DNA of 64,000 bases, taken from Terriglobia bacterium. GTDB taxonomy: Bacteria > Acidobacteriota > Terriglobia > 2-12-FULL-54-10. The DNA is taken from NCBI GenBank assembly GCA_963666975.2, contig CAXVYR010000003.1, positions 320,001-384,000 of the forward strand, written 5' to 3'. A program made the translations under genes and the position numbers. How positions within the stretch are numbered: the first letter of the stretch is position 1; the number at the start of each line of letters is the position of its first letter. This document shows, in pieces, positions 38,645-49,703 of the stretch. A model generated the notes under the pieces. That model was not told the origin of the DNA and made no database searches. It was given only the letters and a program-made list of their open reading frames with translations.

Positions 38645-41600
38645 ATGGCTCTGATTCCGACTCTTGGCTTCTGGCTTCTGGCTCCCGCTCTTTCATCCGC
38701 CCAGGGAGTCACTCCCCAAAGCGTCATCACCACGGTGGCGGGCAGCTCCTGGGTTTTTCGCGGCGACGGCGGCCCGGCGATTGATGCGCCGCTGGGAAGG
38801 CTCGAAGGAGTTGTAGTGGACTCCATTGGCAATGTGTTCGCGGCTGATAGTGAATCACCGCGTGGTGAAGATTTCCGCCACTGGCATTCTGACCGTGGTG
38901 GCCGGTAACGGACTTAGCGGCTTTTCTGGCGACAATCACCGCGTGGTGAAGATTTCCGCCACTGGCATTCTGACCGTGGTGGCCGGTAACGGACTTAGCG
39001 GCTTTTCTGGCGACGGAGGCCCAGCCACCAGTGCCAGCTTTTTTTTTATCCAAGGTGTGGCGGTGGATGCGGTCGGCAACATTTACATCGCCGACTCTAG
39101 CGTAGACCGCATCCGCAAAGTCAACCCGGACGGGACTATCACCACCGTGGCAGGCAATGGGAGCCGAGGCTTTTCTGGTGATGGCGGCCCGGCCACTAGC
39201 GCCTCACTAAGGAGCCCTAGGGGCCTGGCGGTGGATGCGGTTGGGAACCTCTACATAGCCGACGCCTACAATAACCGCATCCGCAAAGTCGGCCTCGATG
39301 GGATTATCTCTACCGTAGCCGGGAGCGGTCCCACCGGGTTTGGAAACGGAGGCTTTTCTGGCGATAGTGGGCCGGCCACCAGCGCCTTGTTAAATCTTCC
39401 CTTTGATGTTGCCTCCGATGTGGACGGAAACCTCTACATCGCCGACAGTAATAACCGCATCCGAAAGGTAAGCCTCGACGGGATGATTTCCACAGTAGCT
39501 GGCAACGGGAATTTCGGCTTTTCCGGCGATGGCGGTCCGGCCACCAGCGCCTCACTAAGGAGCCCTGAGGGCATGGCAGTGGATGCGGTTGGCAACCTCT
39601 ATATTGCTGATAGTAGCAACCTCCGCATCCGCAAAGTCAACCCCGACGGCATTATCACCACCGTGGCGGGCAATGGGACAAACTCATTCTCTGGCGACGG
39701 GGGACCGGCCACTAGCGCCTCAATGCAAATCATTTCCGGAGTCGCAGTCAATAGGGCGGGCGACCTTTATATCGCTGGTACTTTCAGCCACCGCATCCGC
39801 AAGGTCAGCCCCGACGGCATTATCAACACGGTGGCCGGTAACGGACAGTTCAGATTCGCGGGTGACAGCGGGCCGGCCACCAGTGCCTCGTTAAACTTGC
39901 GTTGCTGTGGTGTTGGTGTGACGGTGGATGCGGCGGGCAACCTTTATATCGCTGATGGCGACAACTTTCGAGTTCGCAGGGTAAGCCCGAGCGGCATAAT
40001 TACCACCGTTGCGGGCAATGGAATTCGTGGTTTCTCCGGTGATGGCGGCCCAGCCACCAGCGCTTTACTCAATCGTCCCCATGGTGTGGCACTGGATGCG
40101 GTTGGGAACCTCTATATCGCTGATGATTCCAACCGCCGCATCCGCAAAGTCAGCCCCGACGGCATTATCACTACCGTGGCAGGCAATGGGACATCCTCTT
40201 TCTCTATCCGAGACGGCGAACTAGCTACCACCGCTCAAATTGCTCTCCCAGCTGCTGTGGCAGTGGACGCGGCCGGCAACCTTTACATCGCCGCCAATAA
40301 TAACCGCATCCGCAAGGTCAGCCCCGACGGCATTATCACCACCATAGCCGGCGGCAATGGTTGTGAGCCGCTCCTGGAAGATTGCTTTTTGGGCGATGGC
40401 GGTCCGGCAATCAGCGCCTCATTGAATTCACCCAAAGGTGTGGCGGTAGACTCAGCCGGCAACCTTTACATCAGCGACACTTGGAACAACCGCATTCGGA
40501 AGGTTACTCCCGACGGGATTATCAACACCGTGGCCGGTAGCGGCGCGGTGGGTCAGAACAACGGATGCTTTTCCGGCGACGACGGTCCGGCCATCAATGC
40601 CTTGATAAATCCGGGTTGCTGTGGTGGTGGAATAGCGGTGGATGCTCTTGGCAGCCTCTACATCGCTGACACCAATAGTAACCGCATCCGCAAGGTCAGC
40701 CCCGACGGGATAATTACTACTGTGGCAGGGAATGGGCAATCTGGCTTTTCTGGCGATGGCGGCCCGGCGACCAATGCTTCGCTGAATTTTCCCGAGGATG
40801 TGGCGGTGGACGCGGTTGGGAACCTCTACATCGCCGATAAAAGTAACGACCGCATTCGCAAGGTCCTGGCAACTCCGTTATCCTTCACCGTCTTCCCGCA
40901 GAATCTGAACTTCTCGGCCCAGACAGGCGCCCCTGCGGTCGCAGCGCAGCGCATCACCGTCTCCAGCGCCGTTGCTGGCCTCAGGTGGAGCACGCTGGCT
41001 TCCACCCAAACCGGCGGCAATTGGCTGTCTGTTTCGCCGTCGGCTGGAACGGCCCCGAGCACCATTGACGTGAGAGTGGATGTCGCCAGTCTGTCGGCAG
41101 GGATTTACCAGGGCACGGTGACGGTCGATGTGCCTGGGGCTTCTCCTCCGACCCAAGCCGTAAGCGTTGAGTTGACGGTTACGCCCGCCTTGCCTGCCGA
41201 GCTTGCGGTCGAGCCGTCCTCGCTCACCTTGGAAGGCTTATTTGGGGATGGCAGCCTCCCAATAGAGACGCTGCGCATCAGCAATGCCGGCGGCGGGACG
41301 CTCGACTGGACGGCGCAGGCCAGCACAGTTACCGGCGGCAACTGGCTGAGCGTGTCTCAGTCTTCCGGCCCGGCCTCCGCCGCCTCCCCGACGGAAGTCC
41401 AGGTCGCCGCCAATTTGATTGGTCTTGCGCCTGCCGTGTATTCAGGCTCGATTGTGGTTGAGAGCCCGGAAAGTGACCCGAAGACTGTGGCCGTGACTTT
41501 GCTCGTCTCCGAGGTGACGGCTACCATTCTAGTAAGCCAGAGCGCGCTGTTGTTCACGGGGGTAGAGGGCGGCAGAATCGTTCCTTCGCAGACCTTTGGG

Positions 41601-43286
41601 ATTTTGAACACGAAACCGGGCACCATGAACTGGACGGTGGGAGCCAGTACTCTCGGAGGAGGTAACTGGCTGACCGTGTCCCCAGAGAGCGGCAGCAGCA
41701 CGGCAGGCTCGCTAGAGGTTCCACTAGTGGATGTGGGACTGAACGTCGGCGGGCTCGGTGCCGGGCAGTACAGCGGTCAGATTCGTGTCAGCGCGCAGAC
41801 GGCAAACAATTCCCCGCAGTTTGTGACCGTGACCCTGAACGTGTTGCCGGCGGGTAGCATTCCACCGGTGGTGGTGCGGCCAACCGGGTTGATCTTCGTC
41901 CGGCAAGCCGGGAGTTCCTCGCCGGGCTCGCAGACGGTGCGGTTGGCCACAGCGGCCCCCGGCGGTCAGGAGGCTGTGGCCAGACCAATCACCTTTCAAG
42001 GAGGCGAATGGCTGGAAGCGCTACCTTCCAACTTGGTGTTTTCCCCGGACGAGCCGCGAAACATCGTCGTACAACCCACGCTGGGCTCATTGCCCCCAGG
42101 GGAATACTTTGGGGCGTTGACCTTGGGCTTCCTGAGCGACCGCAGTTCCCAGAATGTGAATGTGCTGTTCGTGGTGACTCCTGCTGGGGCAGCGCCTGCC
42201 GGGGTTCGCACATTGGATGGAAACGGCCGTGCCGCCCAGCAGGAGTGCGTGGCCCAGCGCCTGTTTGTCACAGGCCGCAGCCTGGGGAACAATTTCGCCT
42301 CGCGGGTAGCTTGGCCTAGTCGGATTGCGGCACAGGTCAAGGATGACTGCGACAACACGGTTCACAATGCCACCGTAGTTGCCCGCTTCTCGAACGGTGA
42401 CCCGCTGCTGGCGCTGGTGGGCTTAGGCAATGGGCTCTACGAAAACACTTGGCGACCGGTAAACGCCGGCTCGGTGAGAATCAACGTGCGCGCCGAGCGG
42501 GCCTCGCTGGTTCCGGACGAGGTGCGGGTGGACGGTCAGGTGACGGGTAATACCGCAGCTGCTCCTGCCCTGTTTACCGGAGGTATCGTCAACGCGGCCA
42601 GTTTTGCTCCCGGTGAAGCCTTGGCGCCGGGCAGCATCGTCTCGGTGTTTGGGAGCAACCTGGCACAGGGAGTGAATCTTGCGGAACAGGTGCCGCTGGG
42701 GAATACGCTGGGCGGAACTACGCTAATCGTCGGAGGCCTGGAACAGCCATTGTTCTTCTCTAGCGGCGGGCAGATAAATGCCCAGCTTCCTTTTGATCTG
42801 ACGCCGAATAGCCGCCCGCAGATGGTGGTGCGGGTCCAGCGGGAAGGCGGCGCGGAAGCCATTAGCGTGCCGGAGACGATCACGATAGCGGAAGCGCGGC
42901 CCGCGATCTTTACCACTAACCAGCAAGGCACCGGACAAGGAGCGATCCTGAACCAGGACTTCTCGCCCAACTCGGCAGAGAACCCGGAAGCGGTGGGCAA
43001 TGTGATTCAAGTATTCTCCACTGGGCTTGGCAACACGGACCCTAGTGTGCCCTCAGGCCAGCTAGCGCCAAGCCAAGAACCGTTGGCACGGGTGCTGGTT
43101 CCAGTGCAGGCACAGATTGGCGGGCATTCGGCGACAGTGCATTTCGCTGGACTAGCACCCGGCTTTGTGGGCCTCTACCAGGTAAACGTGCAGATTCCAG
43201 CAGGGGTGACGCCGGGGCCAGAAGTGCCGCTTGTCTTGTTCCAAAACGGTGTACCCTCAAACACCGTCACTGTCGCCGTGCAATAG
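38645..43286 (+). CDS. Large secreted NHL-repeat protein with BACON-like and Solibacter-type C-terminal domains; frameshift at about 38851 (paralog of 6789-11251)
   Basis: Signal peptide plus ITTVAG...GDGGPAIDAPLG in one frame, continuing in ORF 38826-43286; same C-terminus VPSNTVTVAVQ. Confidence 0.88.
38853..39014 (+). repeat. Exact 81-bp tandem duplication inside the NHL gene
   Basis: 38853-38933 equals 38934-39014. Confidence 0.92.
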
Positions 43287-43310
43287 CCTCGTTGGGACGC
43301 AGACTGGAAT

Positions 43311-43358
43311 AACTGGTTTGAAGAGTTGAAGCAGCGGGTGCCGACGGGGAACAACTGA
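43311..43358 (+). pseudogene. Ser/Thr kinase extreme C-terminal stub
   Basis: NWFEELKQRVPTGNN*; DNA similar to 5817-5862. Confidence 0.7.
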
Positions 43359-43428
43359 AAAGCCTGAGCTTCGGCAGTCATCCAGGCACAGATCAAGGGA
43401 TTCCTGTCCTGACCGGCCGCAGCACCAT

Positions 43429-44205
43429 TCAGGGCTCGAGGGCCGGTTTGAGCCCGAGGCGCTGCCGGAGTTCGCGCGCCGTGAGTACCTTCACGTAGAC
43501 AGAGCTGCCACGGTCGAAGTCTTTGGCCCGAGCCAGCGGGCCCACCACTACCGGTTCGCAGCCGGCGTCCTCAACCAAGCGGGAGGCGACCGCCAGTGCA
43601 GCTTGGTCGTCGCCCGCAAGCGGGATCCCAACTCGTTCTCCGGCACGATGCGCCTCGCTGCTGAGAACTTTATAGTTGATGGCGTTGAATGCGCGGACGA
43701 GCCGCACGCCGGGTAGGAACTCGGCGGAGGCGACTCCTGTCCCCTTCGTCAATGCCTCCTCCGCCATTGGGCCGTCGCGTTCGGGATACGGGTTGCCGAC
43801 ATCGAGCACTACCTTGCCGGCGAGCTCGCCCGCCAGATCGCGACCGACCTGGGGGAGCGCTCCGTAGGGGATCGCGATCAAAATGACTTCGCCAAAGGCG
43901 GCCGCCTCCCGGGGCATTCCGGCTCGAGCACGAGGGCCCACTCGCTCGACGAGCTCCTTAAGCTGATCTGGATGGCGTGACGAAAACATAATCTCGTGGC
44001 CCGCTTTTGCCCAGAGCTCGCCCAGCGTGCCCCCCATTCTTCCCGATCCAATGATGCCGATCTTTATGCTCCGTGCTGGAGCGCTGGTACCAGTTTGCGG
44101 TGCCGCTGGCTGGGCGGCCAGCACCAGGCCCACGACTGCGATGCCGATGGTTCTGAGAAAGGGGACGCGTCTCCTGCCTAGCTTATCCATTATTCTTGTG
44201 ACCAC
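43429..44205 (-). CDS. NADPH-dependent F420 reductase family oxidoreductase with N-terminal signal-like extension
   Basis: IGIIGSGRMGG, FSSRHP, AIPY, LDVGNPY, VRAFN, AGDD. Confidence 0.85.
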   Translation of the reverse strand: MVTRIMDKLGRRRVPFLRTIGIAVVGLVLAAQPAAPQTGTSAPARSIKIGIIGSGRMGGTLGELWAKAGHEIMFSSRHPDQLKELVERVGPRARAGMPREAAAFGEVILIAIPYGALPQVGRDLAGELAGKVVLDVGNPYPERDGPMAEEALTKGTGVASAEFLPGVRLVRAFNAINYKVLSSEAHRAGERVGIPLAGDDQAALAVASRLVEDAGCEPVVVGPLARAKDFDRGSSVYVKVLTARELRQRLGLKPALEP

Positions 44206-44376
44206 CTCTTTGAAGGAAAATTGGAGAATACGGCCACGGGCTGCGCGATCACCATTCCGTCTCCTTAGCAGGGATTGACCAGGCCGATATTCTGTATCAA
44301 TCCCAGTGATGAGGGTTAGCTACCGATTAGGTCTCTCCTCAGGCGAAGTTTCTCTGTGCCTCTTAGAGATAGCTTA

Positions 44377-45492
44377 GGCGCTGTTGCACGATTCAACCTT
44401 GGCGCGAGTCAGGCCGCTTTTCCAACGCCTCGTTCATGACAGCACGGCGTAGGACTTCGGCCTGCCGAGCTCGGCCATCCGGTTGAGGATGTGACACCCG
44501 ATCGTGGCCTCTCTCCTCTGCGCGTTGCTGTTCCTCGCCTGCAGGCTTCCTCCGAGCACTGACTTGTATCGGAAGAACCCGTTCTCAACGCGCGCCTGCT
44601 GTCGGTAGCCCGACTCCTTCTGCCACTCTCGTCGTCCGATCTTACGAATCCTCTGAAGAGCCGCTTCTCGTTGCGCCCACGGGCCGTCGGTGGGCCCCGC
44701 GTCCACCGCACAGCGACGAGGGGGGATCACGATCACGACGTCCTCTGTACCGGCCGCGCCGACCTGATCGTAGATCGACCTGTGGTCGTAGGCCCCGTCC
44801 GCCGTGAAACGCCGGATGGGAGCCTCGATCTGGTCGAGCAGATCCGGCAGGGCGGAGGCGTCGTCCCCGCTGCTCGTCGTGAGTTCGGCCGCCACAATGA
44901 ACCCCTCGTCATCCACTCCGATGTGCAGCTTTCGCCAGTCCCGGCGTTTCTTGGATGCCTTGTACTTGTGCGTGTTCCACTCGCCGCAACCCAGGATCTT
45001 GAGCCCCGTGGAATCGACGATCAGGTGGATCGGGCCGTCCTGGGCTCGGGTTAGGGGCGGCAGCTCAACGATTTGGTTCCGGCGCGAGAGTGTGGTGTGG
45101 TCCGGGGCCTTGAGGGCGAGGCCCATCCAGCTGAGCAGCGAGTCCAGGAAACCCTCGGTCTGGCGAAGCGGCAGGCGGAAGACGACCCGCAGCGTCAACG
45201 CGGTCAAGATCGCGAGGTTCGAGTACCGCCGCTGGCCTCCGCAGAGACCGTTCTTCGGCGGTGTCCACGCGGCGATCGCCTCCTCGCTCAGCCAGATCGT
45301 GACGTCGCCGCGGCTCCTGAGGCCAAGTTCGTATTCCCTCCAGTTCCGGATTCTGTACTTCGTCTTGTACTTGCGGTTGACTCGGCTCGACTTCCCTGCG
45401 GCCATGACGTTGCCCCCCTTGATCTCCATGATGGATCGGGACACCCAGCCAATGCTAGCATGGGAGCCGAGGCTGATTCATGCACCAACGCC
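44377..45492 (-). mobile_element. IS5-family (IS903-group-like) insertion sequence
   Basis: IRs GGCGCTGTTGCACGATTCA / TGATTCATGCACCAACGCC; no target duplication seen. Confidence 0.9.
44434..45405 (-). CDS. IS5-family transposase
   Basis: YRIRNWREY..GL..RG, PDHTTLSRR, VDSTGLK..G.GEW, WRKLH, ADGAYD, GYRQQARVE. Confidence 0.93.
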   Translation of the reverse strand: MAAGKSSRVNRKYKTKYRIRNWREYELGLRSRGDVTIWLSEEAIAAWTPPKNGLCGGQRRYSNLAILTALTLRVVFRLPLRQTEGFLDSLLSWMGLALKAPDHTTLSRRNQIVELPPLTRAQDGPIHLIVDSTGLKILGCGEWNTHKYKASKKRRDWRKLHIGVDDEGFIVAAELTTSSGDDASALPDLLDQIEAPIRRFTADGAYDHRSIYDQVGAAGTEDVVIVIPPRRCAVDAGPTDGPWAQREAALQRIRKIGRREWQKESGYRQQARVENGFFRYKSVLGGSLQARNSNAQRREATIGCHILNRMAELGRPKSYAVLS

Positions 45493-45597
45493 GGAACTAG
45501 GCTAGACCAGTACGAGGTCCGCGAGCTGATTAGTGCGGGCGGCATGGGCGAGGTCTACAAGGCCAGGGACAAGCACCTGGACCGAACAGTTGCCATA
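45493..45597 (+). pseudogene. Ser/Thr kinase N-terminal stub
   Basis: [35 protein letters not shown], beginning at the IS5 end. Confidence 0.85.
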
Positions 45598-45671
45598 CAT
45601 AACGGTTTTGTTGCTGTCCCCTCTGTCATGAGTCGGCTTCAAGACTTTCGCCGCCAGGGAAAATCGACACA

Positions 45672-48570
45672 ATGAAACGAACTCTTGTCTGGCTGAGTGT
45701 GGTTATAACCTTCGGGTTGCTCATCGAAATTGCTGCTCTCGCTCAAACCGGGACAGGAGTGCGGCCACTGCGGGAGGAAGCACCTGCCGCGACCGTGACC
45801 GTTACAGGCATAGGTAACGTTGCCGTCATCCAAGATGATGGGTCGCTGGTGGGGCATCAGAACCTGTTCAATCTCGACCAAAGCACGCTGCGCTTCACGC
45901 CTCGTCCGGAAGGCGGTTACTTCGTAGAAAAAATACCTCTGGTTTGGGACGACGACCCCGGCACGCCCATCAGCTACGAAACTCAATACAGCATCGACTC
46001 TCGAGAAGTCCAGTTTGAATCCATGTTCTTCCCTTTCGGTGGAACGAGTTGGAACTCCCTGTTCATAAACAGCACAGGAAGCATCGCTTTCGGCTATAAC
46101 GAAAGCCAAGAGGGCCGCCCCAGGGAGTTCATTTTCGATGACTTTTCCGCGATCTTGGCAGGTAGCGGAGCACTCATGATTGCACCCCTATGGCACAGGT
46201 TTTCTTTCGATCCCAGCCGGACCTTTTTTAAAGAGATGCAGGACAGGGTCGTCATTACCTGGGATGTCACAGAGATCTTTGGCAACTCATTTTCTTTCTC
46301 CAGAACAGCCAATGAAAATCTGTTTCAGGCAGTCTTGCTAAGCTCCGGCGAGATTCTGCTGTCCTACAATGGCATTTCAACGTTGGATGGGATCACAGGC
46401 GTCTTCCCCGGTATTAAGTCGATCAATCCCCATTTCGACGAATCAAGACCCCCAAGATTTGGAAACTCCTGCACACCTAGATATCGTGAGCGGTCGAGTG
46501 GAGCAGGTCGATGAGTTGAACTTGCGATTCACGTACGATCTACGGGGCGTGATTCCGCCGCCCCGTGAGGGCTTGACGTATCGCTTTGACATCGATATCG
46601 ATCCCCCGTTCGTTGCTGGCGGTATCAACTTCGACGCAGCCGACTGTGTCGTCACCGTGAACGGCTCGCCGAGCGGCTGGCAAGCCACTCACTGCCGAGG
46701 CGAAACCTCATTTGTCATACAAAACAATCAGGTATCTGCACTGCTGCCTCTGAGTGTCATTGGCTTTCCACAGCAATTTAAATGGTTCGGCGATGCGGTC
46801 GATTTCTTCGGCTCGAGATGCTGTAATTTCGACCAAATTCCGACAGTGGTTGCGTCCCCCACTGACTTTGGAGGAAATCGGGAAATTTCGTTTTCTGCCA
46901 GCCTCCTCCGGATTGTGGGTTCCGGTGCGATCTTTGAATCCTTTCACTACCCCGTTCTGCTTGCCAGCGGTGAATCGCTTGCGAAACTTTTTTATCAGAC
47001 ATTTCCGGATTCCGTTGATTTTTTGGCTCTACTCACAAGTATGCGTTTTGACAAGCAAGAGCTCGGCGCGGGTGGCTGGGGCGCTCAGAATACTTCCATA
47101 AGCGGAATCGGCGTTGGGTACGACGGAGCTGCCAATTTTGGGAGTGCAGGCCGACTTCAGGGGGGGATACATCCGAGCTGGGTTAACGGTCCTTTTCTTT
47201 ACGATCGGGCGGGTGAAGACGCTCTCGGTTCCTTTGACAACTATGCTAGGGCTATGGCTTTTATCTCACACGAAATAGGCCACCGCTGGCTTGCGTTTCT
47301 GGATTTCATTGACGACAGCGGTGTTAGCCGCCCTCTGCACGATGTGTTTGGCCATTGGCTCGGCAATGTACCTATTCAGTCTGCTGTAACTTTCAAAGAA
47401 ACTTATGAAGCCTCGCCCATGCAGGGGGGGCCCTTTTGGGTGGAAAATAACGATGGCACTTTCACAGACTACATCCAAAGCTCACCCTCAGGGTACGGAT
47501 TTCTGGATCTTTATGCGATGGGTCTGATGCGACCGGAAGAGGTTCCGGACTTTTTCCTGCTCGAGAATATCTCGGAGTCCAACGCCGTCAATCCCCGGCG
47601 GACTGTGCGGGCAGAAAAAAAGGTAATTTCAATCGACCAGGTCATTGCAGCCATGGGACCGCGTCTTCCCTCGGCTACGGACTCCCAGAAAAGTTTCTCC
47701 ACAGCTTTCATTCTGCTTGTGCCGAATGGGACACAACCGACAGGCGAGGATTTGAATAAAGTGGAGGAGATCCGTCTGCAATGGGAAGAGTATTTCAGGA
47801 AGGCCACGGGCGGCCGCGCCACCATGTCAACCACCCTGGTGACGGCCCCGCCGCCGACCCCACAGGTTACATCCGCAGGTGTCGTCCATGCTGCCAGTTT
47901 TATAACGGGGCCGGTTGCTCCAGGCCAAATCGTTTCCGTCTTCGGCTCCGGTGTCGGACCGAGCACCGCTGCTGGTGGCAGGCTTGATTTTGCCGGTGGT
48001 GTAGATTCGTTTGTCGGAGACACCAAGGTCCTCTTTGACGGCATTCCTGCCCCTTTGGTCTACGTGCAAGGCGGTCAAGTCAATGCAATTGTTCCCTATT
48101 CAGTTGCAGGGAGAACTACTACGCAGCTGGAGATGGAGTATCTGGGGGTGAAATCCAATCCTATTGCACTATCGGTTGCGGATGCGGTCCCGGGAATCTT
48201 TACCGTGGCTGGGGGGATAGGCCAGGCCGCGATGCTGAATGAGAACGGGAGCTTCAATTCCCCCTCAAGCCCAGCGACGAAAGGTTCTATCGTGACGATG
48301 TTTGCCACAGGCGAAGGGCAGACGGACCCGCCAGGGATAGACGGGATGCTTTCTGCTGATCCACTGCCGAAGCCGCAGCTTCCTGTATCTCTACGGATCG
48401 GCGGGCTCACGGCTGAGGTCCTCTACGCGGGCGCCGCCCCTGGCTTTGCAGGCCTTTTGCAAGTCAACGCCCGTGTTCCCAACGACGTCGCTGCTATGGA
48501 TGACGTCGAGGTTCTACTGACTATCGGCAGTTCGACAAGTCAATCCGGCGTAACCATGGCCGTGCGTTAG
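45672..48570 (+). CDS. Secreted zincin-like (HExxH) protein with NIDO-like N-terminus and Solibacter-type C-terminal domain; frameshift near 46420-46440
   Basis: Signal peptide; FPFGG...INSTG.I.F, IAPLW, FQAVL..SGEI...Y; SHEIGHRW, LDLYAMGL; APGQIVSVFG...GAAPGFAGLLQVN. Confidence 0.78.
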
Positions 48571-48648
48571 TTGAAGTATTTCGTCCTAACCATTGAAATG
48601 CCCTTGGTCGACGCAAAATCGAAGTGCAAGAACTTCGCCTCCACGATT

Positions 48649-48702
48649 ACTCCCGTGTAACGGCGAAGGGTAGAGTAATCCTGCCCGCCGGATTAGAAAG
48701 CG
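48649..48702 (-). repeat. Diverged repeat-family core site with TAATCC-8-GGATTA palindrome
   Basis: Reverse complement tttctaatccggcgggcaggattactctacccttcgccgtta aligns with 28461-28502 and 33155-33177. Confidence 0.6.
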
Positions 48703-48789
48703 GTATCCTGAGAGTGTCCGGCAACCTGTCGAGTCTCTGGATTGGCGTGTCGGAGGTGGGGAAGCGAAATCTACTAAACGGAGCGCCCG

Positions 48790-49182
48790 GTGAGTAATCC
48801 ACGATTTCCAAAGATGCGAGAAGCTTTCCGATATGCCAGCAACCATGAATCTCAAAATCTTTGCCGGTTTTGTGGCGTGGTGGTGCCAAGAGGTCGACTA
48901 TATTGGTGTTCTAATAATTGCGTCACGGCCGCACGGCTACAAAATGACTGGAAGTTGATTCGTGAAGCGGTCTTCCGGCGCGATAAGTATACCTGCCGGA
49001 AATGCGGTCGGAGTCGAGTTGATAAGGGATTCGTGCCTGAGTGCCATCACCTGATTTCAGTTGTGGAGGGTGGCAAGCACGATTTGGCCAACCTCGTAAC
49101 GCTTTGCTCGCTCTGTCACAAGGAGGAAACCTCCAAGTTGAGGACTCTGCTGTCCGCCAGGAAGTCCACTGCAGACCAATAA
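48790..49182 (+). CDS. HNH endonuclease with Zn-finger N-terminus
   Basis: CRFCG...CSNNC; REAVFRRDKYTCRKCG...HHL....GG.HDLANLVTLCSLCH. Confidence 0.85.
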   Translation: MSNPRFPKMREAFRYASNHESQNLCRFCGVVVPRGRLYWCSNNCVTAARLQNDWKLIREAVFRRDKYTCRKCGRSRVDKGFVPECHHLISVVEGGKHDLANLVTLCSLCHKEETSKLRTLLSARKSTADQ

Positions 49183-49241
49183 CAATCGAAGCTGTAATTC
49201 CCTTGCTTGTCATGAAGCCATGTCCGATTCAACAAATCGGC

Positions 49242-49496
49242 CTACTTTCCCAACTCCCCGACCCACTGCAGAAACAGGCTTTCGATATACGGCACGACCT
49301 GCTGAGACCGCGCCGCCAGATTCGCTGCTCGATTGAAATCTCTCGTCTCAACAAGGATATTTATAGAGGTTCCCGCATTGCGAGCCGTTATGTGCCACGC
49401 CTCTCGCCGATCATCGAAAATCCGGTGCACGACCGCAGAAAGTTCTTCTTCGAAGTTTTGATCGTTAAGTTCGCATTCAATGGACACGGACATCAA
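49242..49496 (-). CDS. Hypothetical protein
   Basis: 84-aa ORF with natural composition and upstream gaaagggg. Confidence 0.4.
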   Translation of the reverse strand: MMSVSIECELNDQNFEEELSAVVHRIFDDRREAWHITARNAGTSINILVETRDFNRAANLAARSQQVVPYIESLFLQWVGELGK

Positions 49497-49703
49497 AGGA
49501 ATCCCCTTTCCCTGTCATCGGGCATTGAGCCCAGAAAGTTTTTCCATTTTCGCACTGTCTAATCTTCTCGTCAAAACTACCCACTCCAGATCTTCGCGGC
49601 TCGAACCGCCGGTGCTTTCGCATTTGGAATGGCCGATCAAGCCCAATTTTCCAGGGTATGCTCTGCACAGTAGGGACCAAGTGATCCTTATAACCAGGCG
49701 GGA

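Noticed and set aside
48790-49182. HNH as IscB/Cas9-like or retron/DGR component
   Set aside because: Too short, no RuvC or PLMP motifs, and no reverse transcriptase anywhere in the window.
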